From contig JAEOTR010000002.1 in NCBI GenBank assembly GCA_016839705.1, positions 1 through 14,424 on the forward strand: a DNA stretch of 14,424 nucleotides, in the 5' to 3' direction. Under the pieces are notes generated by a model. It was not told where the DNA came from and searched no databases. It was given only the letters and a program-made list of their open reading frames with translations. Every line of letters starts with the position of its first letter. Within the stretch, counting starts at the first letter, position 1. Positions 1 to 6,095 of this stretch are shown piece by piece. This DNA is from Promethearchaeota archaeon. Its GTDB lineage: Archaea; Asgardarchaeota; Lokiarchaeia; Sigyniarchaeales; SOKP01. Made by a program: the position numbers and the translations under genes.

Positions 1-116
1 CTCGCCTTTTTTAGAGAGAAATATTCCCCCGGCTTCGCGTTATCGTACGCATTTCTAACCATTTCAGAGATCGCTTCTACTTTTCTTTTATGTATTGCTA
101 GTTTTTCTTCGCTCAT
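1..116 (-). CDS. N-terminal fragment of a gene running off the left edge; probable partner subunit of the DUF2229 protein (CoA-activase/dehydratase-like)
   Basis: ATG at 116 gives an open frame to the window edge: MSEEKLAIHKRKVEAISEMVRNAYDNAKPGEYFSLKKA. It starts 17 nt after the stop of the co-oriented 134..1189 gene. The product is inferred from context only. Confidence 0.6.
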   Translation of the reverse strand, partial: MSEEKLAIHKRKVEAISEMVRNAYDNAKPGEYFSLKKA

Positions 117-133
117 GTCAAACACAGAATTTC

Positions 134-1189
134 CTAGGCTTTTATTGTTTCTTTATTTTTTGAATCTATAGCCAATTTCTTTTTCTTTCTTCGCGCCATT
201 TCTACAAAAGCTTCGATACGCGTTATCATGCCTGCCTCTCCAGAATGTTCATCCATGGTAATCTCTAAGAAAGGGAGTCCAACAACTTTCATATCACGCA
301 TGATCAGTTCCGAAATTAAACTATCAGGACCACATGCAAAACTTATAAGAAAAATTACTCCATCAATTTCTTTACGTCCTTTAGTCAGGAAATAACGAAT
401 TGCCGCCATTATTTCCTCTTCATGTTTCCAGTAGTTTCTAAGCCGCTTACTTATAATTACTGGCGCTTTGAAGATTGATTCGGGTAAATTCTCTATTGTT
501 AGAACCTCAACTCCCTGATCCACTAATTTCTTTTGAAAATCCAGGTTTATAAAGGTATCAAATATATTATAGGCATGACCTAAAAGCAAAAATTTAAGGT
601 CTCCTTTCTTTTTTCTTTTTGGTAGGGTGAAAGGTCTATTATTTTCAACCAGTCTTAAAGCGTGATTTACTGGAGCCCCATCTCTTAAAAATTTATGATA
701 AGCATCAAAATATTTTTGTGCTTCTCTATAAGCATTCAGAGATTGATTTTGAGTTCTACCCAATTCTTTCCCTAATTCTATAGCGGATGTAGCAATAGGA
801 AATTCCTTTACGTTTACTTCGAAATTTAGAATTTTAGGAACTGCTGGTAAAATCTTAATAATATCTGGAAGCGATAAAAATTTAGGACAGAAATACGATT
901 CTTTTACTTCTGCTACATATCTAGGTACAAAGACATAATCCAAATCTGGATGTTCTCTTATTAATTTTAACACCTGCCCATAATAAATCTTCACTGGTAT
1001 ACAAAGTTCCCCAAATCCATGAGTAACACCCTCTTCTACAATTTTCTTGTTGGTTGGGGGGCTTAAAACAATTTGAACCCTTAATTCATCAAGTAATTTT
1101 TTCCAAAAAGGATAATATCTGTAAAAATGAAGTGCTCTTGGAATTCCAACTTTAATATTTTTACTACTGAGCTCTTCTCTTGGTTCCAT
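134..1189 (-). CDS. Acyl-CoA dehydratase activase-related protein (DUF2229 plus HGD-D-like C-terminus), homologous to the reductase module of PlsA/Ger
   Basis: Family motifs KVGIPRAL..Y.YYPFW, LSPPTNK, ELCIPVKIYYG, FVPR, YFCPKFLSLPD, LLGHAYN, SFACGPDS and DEHSGEAGMITRIEAF; three motif cysteines; no ASKHA ATPase domain. Confidence 0.85.
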   Translation of the reverse strand: MEPREELSSKNIKVGIPRALHFYRYYPFWKKLLDELRVQIVLSPPTNKKIVEEGVTHGFGELCIPVKIYYGQVLKLIREHPDLDYVFVPRYVAEVKESYFCPKFLSLPDIIKILPAVPKILNFEVNVKEFPIATSAIELGKELGRTQNQSLNAYREAQKYFDAYHKFLRDGAPVNHALRLVENNRPFTLPKRKKKGDLKFLLLGHAYNIFDTFINLDFQKKLVDQGVEVLTIENLPESIFKAPVIISKRLRNYWKHEEEIMAAIRYFLTKGRKEIDGVIFLISFACGPDSLISELIMRDMKVVGLPFLEITMDEHSGEAGMITRIEAFVEMARRKKKKLAIDSKNKETIKA

Positions 1190-1198
1190 CTAGAAAAA

Positions 1199-1204
1199 TC
1201 CTCC
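1199..1204 (-). promoter_or_regulatory. Shine-Dalgarno-like GGAGGA for the DUF2229 gene
   Basis: TCCTCC on + (GGAGGA on -), 9 nt upstream of the ATG at 1189. Confidence 0.55.
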
Positions 1205-1327
1205 ATAAAAAATCATTTTTCAAGTATAATCTTTATAATGGATGAAATGATTTAAAGTCATATTATGAAGACCTATTCCTTTTTTCGAATCTAAAAATTC
1301 ATAAATATTGGATAAATTTTTGATTTA

Positions 1328-2950
1328 ATGGACGATTTTTTTCTTGGATTGGATTGTTCAACTCAGAGTTTTACTGTTATTATTATTAATTTTAATTCAA
1401 GAAGAGTAATTTATCGAAATAGTCTAAATTTTGACAAATCTTTACCCCAATATAACACCAACGATGGGATTATAACCTTTGAAGATGAAAAAGTAGTACA
1501 TTCACATCCTCTTATGTGGGTTGAAGGTTTAGAATTGTTGTTTCAGCAAATAATGGATGAAGGGATTCCAGTTTCTAATATAAAGGCGATTTCAGGCTCA
1601 GGACAACAACATGGAACAGTATATTTAAATAATTTATTTGAAAAATCTCTTAAAGAATTAGATTACTCAAAATCTTTAGTCTCCCAATTAAAAAGCTCAT
1701 TTTCTCGTCTAACAAGCCCAATCTGGATGGATTCAAGCACCACAAGAGAATGTAATGAAATTCGCAGAAAATTAGGAGGAATGAAACCAACTATAGAAAT
1801 GTTGGGTTCAAATACTTTTGAGCGATTCTCTGGTCCTCAAATCCGAAAATTTCATCTAGAAGAACCAGAGAATTATGATAAAACTTCAAAAATTCATCTT
1901 GTTAGTTCTTTTTTAGCCTCTCTTTTGTTAGGTACACACGCGCCTATCGATCACGGGGATGGTGCAGGTATGAATCTGATGAATATAAAAACTAAAGAAT
2001 GGGATGCACGAGCTTTAAATGCAACAGCTCCTAACCTAGAAGAAAAACTACCAAATCTTTCAAAATCTTATGAAATCATTGGAAAAATATCCTCATATTT
2101 TGTAGAAAAATATGGATTTAATCCTGACACAGAACTCGTAGCTTGGTCGGGGGATAACCCTAATAGTCTGATTGGCGTTGGTTTAATTAATAAGGGAAAA
2201 GTTGGGATAAGTCTTGGAACAAGTGATACTTATTTTGGTTATTTAGAAGAATTATACCTTGATTATAATGGTGAAGGTCATGTTTTCGGAGCACCGACTG
2301 GTGATTACATGAGCCTTATTTGCTTTAAAAACGGCTCTTTAGCAAGAGAAAAAATAAAAGATGAATTTGATCTTAATTGGAAAGAATTTTCTAAAGTTTT
2401 GAGAAAATCCCCTCCAGGAAATTATGGAAAAATCATGCTTCCCTACTTTTTTCCAGAAATTGTACCTATAGTATTAGATCCACATGTTTATCGATTTGGA
2501 TTAGATAAAGATGACTTAGAAGGAAACATACGAGGGATAATAGAGAGCCAATTCTTATCAATGCGAGTACACTCAGAATGGATCGAAGAGAGCCCAGAAG
2601 AAATCTATGCAACAGGAGGTGCTTCCATGAACAAAGACATGCTCCAGATACTAGCAAATGTTTTTAACACAAGAGTAAGACAATTTGAAATTACTGATTC
2701 AGCAACCCTAGGAGCAGCATTAAGATCAGCTAAGTCATTTTATGATCCTAGGAATCGAGAAAAGAACTGGAATGACATTGTAGGTAAATTCATAGATATT
2801 CAACAATGTACCATGATTAAACCACAAAAGAAATATAAGGACTTATATGACGATTTACTTAAAGTGTATCAGAAATGTGAGGATTTTATTCTTAATAAAG
2901 GCGAAAATCCCGAAAAAATTCGCAAAAATTTTATCAAAAAGTATTTTTAG
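1328..2950 (+). CDS. xylB: Xylulokinase, FGGY family, eukaryote (XYLB/XKS1)-type
   Basis: Motifs LGLDCSTQS, ISGSGQQHGTVY, SPIWMDSST, ERFSGPQIRK, LVSSFLASL, GMNL, GDNP, SLGTSDT, GHVF, CFKNGSLARE and ATGGAS, which match eukaryote-type D-xylulose kinases. Confidence 0.9.
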   Translation: MDDFFLGLDCSTQSFTVIIINFNSRRVIYRNSLNFDKSLPQYNTNDGIITFEDEKVVHSHPLMWVEGLELLFQQIMDEGIPVSNIKAISGSGQQHGTVYLNNLFEKSLKELDYSKSLVSQLKSSFSRLTSPIWMDSSTTRECNEIRRKLGGMKPTIEMLGSNTFERFSGPQIRKFHLEEPENYDKTSKIHLVSSFLASLLLGTHAPIDHGDGAGMNLMNIKTKEWDARALNATAPNLEEKLPNLSKSYEIIGKISSYFVEKYGFNPDTELVAWSGDNPNSLIGVGLINKGKVGISLGTSDTYFGYLEELYLDYNGEGHVFGAPTGDYMSLICFKNGSLAREKIKDEFDLNWKEFSKVLRKSPPGNYGKIMLPYFFPEIVPIVLDPHVYRFGLDKDDLEGNIRGIIESQFLSMRVHSEWIEESPEEIYATGGASMNKDMLQILANVFNTRVRQFEITDSATLGAALRSAKSFYDPRNREKNWNDIVGKFIDIQQCTMIKPQKKYKDLYDDLLKVYQKCEDFILNKGENPEKIRKNFIKKYF

Positions 2951-3004
2951 GCTTTTGAATGTATTGGGAATTATCTTAAAAGTATCCCCTCCTTAAATAG
3001 AAGG

Positions 3005-3014
3005 CTTTTTTTTG
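3005..3014 (+). terminator. Oligo-T terminator candidate for xylB
   Basis: Run of 8 T in the gap between convergent xylB and rpe, preceded by a weak CCTT..AAGG stem; archaeal intrinsic terminators are T-tracts. Confidence 0.45.
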
Positions 3015-3665
3015 TTATTCATCTTTATCAGAATATTTCATTGACTGGATAGCATAATCAGGATCATTTGCCTTTAATATTGCACTTGCGCTACTTAGTA
3101 TATCAGAATGGATCAATTTGGAATTTTCAGGATTTATCCCCCCGTCAACATCAATAAGAAATTTCAAATTATTTTCAAGTCTATAAGCCAATAATGAGTT
3201 AACTTTCTCGACTATTTCAAGAATAAATTTTTGACCTGACCAACCAGGATGTACTGACATTATTAAAACCAAATCAATATAATTTAAGAAAGGGAAGAGA
3301 TTGTCTAATTGTGTATTAGGATTTATTGCTAAACCAATTTTTTTATTCTTTCTTTTAACCTCATTTATAATATCATTTTTATCCCCTTCGGATTCATAAT
3401 GGAACACGAAAAAATCGATGTCGTCAATAACTTTCTCGATGTATTCAAGTGGTTTAAGAACCATCAAATGAGCTATAATCGGCGTGTCATATTTTGCCTT
3501 GAGATCCTTCAAGACATTTAAATTGATATTCACATTATTAACAAATTTGCCATCCATTATATCAACATGTATAAAGTCAAGTCCCTTTAAATCTTCAATG
3601 ATCTTGGGGTTAAAATCGTCTTTAGCATGTATTGAAACAGCGATCTTTTTCATTTTAGGTTTCAC
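3015..3665 (-). CDS. rpe: Ribulose-phosphate 3-epimerase (GTG start at 3665; alternative ATG at 3653)
   Basis: HVDIMDGKFV, HLM, FHYE, GLAINPNT, MSVHPGWSGQKF and DVDGGIN; the four metal ligands (H, D, H, D) are present. Confidence 0.93.
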   Translation of the reverse strand: MKPKMKKIAVSIHAKDDFNPKIIEDLKGLDFIHVDIMDGKFVNNVNINLNVLKDLKAKYDTPIIAHLMVLKPLEYIEKVIDDIDFFVFHYESEGDKNDIINEVKRKNKKIGLAINPNTQLDNLFPFLNYIDLVLIMSVHPGWSGQKFILEIVEKVNSLLAYRLENNLKFLIDVDGGINPENSKLIHSDILSSASAILKANDPDYAIQSMKYSDKDE

Positions 3666-3689
3666 AATTACAATATTGGAAGATTAGGA

Positions 3690-3697
3690 TTATAAAA
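3690..3697 (-). promoter_or_regulatory. Archaeal TATA box candidate for rpe
   Basis: TTTTATAA on the - strand at -25 to -32 from the GTG at 3665, the spacing expected for a leaderless transcript. Confidence 0.45.
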
Positions 3698-3749
3698 GAA
3701 AAAAATTGATTATTCCCTAATGGGTGAATTTTCTCTATTATTATATATT

Positions 3750-5426
3750 TCACGCATCAGGAATATTGTATAAAAGTAAATCTTTGATTTGAGCCATCAT
3801 ATTGTTAGTTAATCTTTTAAGTTCATCATAATCCGGCATTGGCTTATCCCAGTATTGTTGATGCTCCATAAACGGTGAACCTGCCTTTAGAATCTGACCT
3901 TTATAGAAACTTAGCATTTTAGCTTTCTTAGGATATGTTTTCTCGGTTCCGGTGATTCCAATAGGAATGATGGGTGCTTTAGTCTGAATTGCTAATCGCA
4001 TCGGACCCGTATGTCCTTCTAATAATTGACCATTCCCTGTGTTAGTAGTACCCTCTGGATAAGTAATAACTACCTTTCCCTGCTCAAGAAGTCCTCTGGC
4101 ATAAAGAAATGAATCTACATCGTGCATTCCTCGCTTTAATGGAAATGCGTGATGATTTCTAACCCACGCATTTACGAGTGGAATTTTAAAAAGTGATTGC
4201 TTTGCCATTTGGTAAGCAACACGTCTTGGTGGGTGATGGATTATGCATGCTGCTAGTATAAGTACATCCCATTCAGAATTGTGGCTTGGACATATAAGAG
4301 CAGGACCTGTTGCGGGGATATTTTTTCCAAAATCGATGACTTTATACGGCATCATGAGATCAGACCAATTACAAACTAATTCTCCTGAGAACGCATGTAT
4401 TGGCCGTTGAATTATCTCTCGCGCGTTAAATTCCTCTAAACTTCTTAAAAGAGCATACCAAGAATCATCAATAAGTTTAACAACACCTATTGCTTGATCT
4501 TTTAAATATTTCATGATATTAAATTTGGATTCTTTTGGAACTTCTTCAGGTGAACCGATTGAAAGCTCTTCATTCTCTTCTCTCCCATAAATACCCTCAC
4601 GTAATTCCCAAATGGTATTCCTTAGTTCATCAGTTAAACTTCTAATATCATTATAAGAAACAGAATTTATATCATAATCATCATAAAAAATAGGATCAGC
4701 AACTCGTACTTTGACCTGGGTTGGTTTCATTACTAGATTTCCTTTAGGGAGTGCGTTGCGTGAGCCAATAACTGCCATAGGGACAATGGGTACCTGCATT
4801 TCAATTGCTAGTCTTACTGCTCCAGTCTTAAATTCACCCAAAGTTCCATCCTTAGACCGTGTACCCTCTGGAAATATTCCTACCCATTCTCCACCACGGA
4901 TAATCTCTTTTGCCTTTTCCCACCCTCGTTCAGGATTTTCGCGATCAACTTTAAATGCTCCCAGATTATTAAAGAGTGTTTTCACAATCGGTGTCTTGAA
5001 ATTGTCTAATTTACTCATATAACGAATTCGACGATGACAAGCTGCTCCATAAAAGAAAGGATCGATGTGGGACTCGTGATTACCAACCAAGATGCCTGGT
5101 CCCCACTCCGGGAACATGTTCCCTTTTGGATATTCCGCTTTAAAGTTCCATAACGTTCGAGCAGCCCACTTTATATAAATGTATGCTGCCCACCATTGAA
5201 GTCGTCCTTCTATTTTCTTTATGTCTAATCGTTTGATTATATATCGATACAAGTCATTCAATGGATCAATAGGATTGAATTTCATAAATTTATACGTCCA
5301 ATCCTGATGACGTTTTTCATATTTTAGTTCTTCCTGCAATTTTTCTTCTGTGGATTTCTGTTGCTCCATTTCTTCGGCTAACTGATAACCTTTTTTTTCG
5401 GTTTTTTCAAGTACTACAATAATCAC
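3750..5426 (-). CDS. plsC: Tandem two-domain lysophospholipid/glycerolipid acyltransferase (PlsC/AGPAT family); start may be ATG 5369
   Basis: Domain 1 has NHESHID (HX4D, 5061-5078), AFKVDR, FPEGTRS (4854-4874) and VPIVP. Domain 2 has SHNSEWD (HX4D, 4266-4283), AFPLKR, YPEGTTN (4041-4061) and APIIP. Confidence 0.9.
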   Translation of the reverse strand: MIIVVLEKTEKKGYQLAEEMEQQKSTEEKLQEELKYEKRHQDWTYKFMKFNPIDPLNDLYRYIIKRLDIKKIEGRLQWWAAYIYIKWAARTLWNFKAEYPKGNMFPEWGPGILVGNHESHIDPFFYGAACHRRIRYMSKLDNFKTPIVKTLFNNLGAFKVDRENPERGWEKAKEIIRGGEWVGIFPEGTRSKDGTLGEFKTGAVRLAIEMQVPIVPMAVIGSRNALPKGNLVMKPTQVKVRVADPIFYDDYDINSVSYNDIRSLTDELRNTIWELREGIYGREENEELSIGSPEEVPKESKFNIMKYLKDQAIGVVKLIDDSWYALLRSLEEFNAREIIQRPIHAFSGELVCNWSDLMMPYKVIDFGKNIPATGPALICPSHNSEWDVLILAACIIHHPPRRVAYQMAKQSLFKIPLVNAWVRNHHAFPLKRGMHDVDSFLYARGLLEQGKVVITYPEGTTNTGNGQLLEGHTGPMRLAIQTKAPIIPIGITGTEKTYPKKAKMLSFYKGQILKAGSPFMEHQQYWDKPMPDYDELKRLTNNMMAQIKDLLLYNIPDA

Positions 5427-5528
5427 CCAAAATTATTAAAAAAAGCATTAAATCTTAATAAAAATACAATTTTTTCAGCTGAATTGTTTTACTAAAATAC
5501 CCTTTGATATAAAAAATTATTGATCAGT

Positions 5529-5585
5529 GTAATACTCAAAAAAGTATGATCTTTTTAATCATTTTGAAGGGTAAGTAATACTCAA
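5529..5585. repeat. 11-bp direct repeat GTAATACTCAA (5529-5539 and 5575-5585)
   Basis: Two exact copies 46 nt apart in the intergenic region between the thioesterase and acyltransferase genes. Confidence 0.6.
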
Positions 5586-5594
5586 TACTTTCTT

Positions 5595-6038
5595 TTATTT
5601 TAGGAAATATTCAAGGAAGGTTATCATATTCATTAATTGATTACTATTTAAGTCTAAAGCAAATCTCACGGCCTCTACTTTAGCTAATAATGAGTCATCT
5701 GATTCTTTAAATAATTCGTGGTTGAAGGTGATTGACGTTATCCCTATTTTTTTAACACTCGTTTTAACAATCACATAATCACCAAATTTAGCAGATCCTT
5801 CATATGTAATATTAACATGTTTTACACCACATGCAATCCCATCATGGATCATTTCCTCTATGGTATGATTATTTTTTAAAGAATTCATGAAACTAACAAA
5901 TCCATCATCGAAATATACCATATAGTTCTTAAAGTGGACTACACCCATCGCATCTGTATCATTAAATCTTACTTTTACTCTTGTTGTGTCTTTAGCATCC
6001 AACAATTTCTGTTTTAGGGCTAATTCAGCTTTATTCAT
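5595..6038 (-). CDS. Acyl-CoA thioesterase, hotdog fold (4HBT/YbgC/FadM family)
   Basis: VRFNDTDAMGVVHFKNYMVYFDDG signature, and ITY...AKFGD...V.T....IG.TSITF; 147 aa. Confidence 0.88.
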   Translation of the reverse strand: MNKAELALKQKLLDAKDTTRVKVRFNDTDAMGVVHFKNYMVYFDDGFVSFMNSLKNNHTIEEMIHDGIACGVKHVNITYEGSAKFGDYVIVKTSVKKIGITSITFNHELFKESDDSLLAKVEAVRFALDLNSNQLMNMITFLEYFLK

Positions 6039-6060
6039 ATTAGATATAAAAAATATACGA

Positions 6061-6070
6061 TTTTATAAAA
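6061..6070 (-). promoter_or_regulatory. Archaeal TATA box candidate for the thioesterase
   Basis: TTTTATAAAA at -23 to -32 from the ATG at 6038. Confidence 0.45.
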
Positions 6071-6071
6071 T

Positions 6072-6080
6072 AAAAAAAAA
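6072..6080 (-). terminator. Oligo-T terminator candidate for the surface-protein gene
   Basis: T9 tract on the - strand about 15 nt after the stop at 6096. Confidence 0.45.
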
Positions 6081-6095
6081 GAATAGATTTAGGTT

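Noticed and set aside
2466-2657. 63-aa minus-strand ORF
   Set aside because: Antisense inside xylB with no recognisable motif.
3484-3687. 67-aa plus-strand ORF
   Set aside because: Antisense shadow of rpe.
4711-5022. 103-aa plus-strand ORF
   Set aside because: Antisense shadow of acyltransferase domain 1 with a TTG start.
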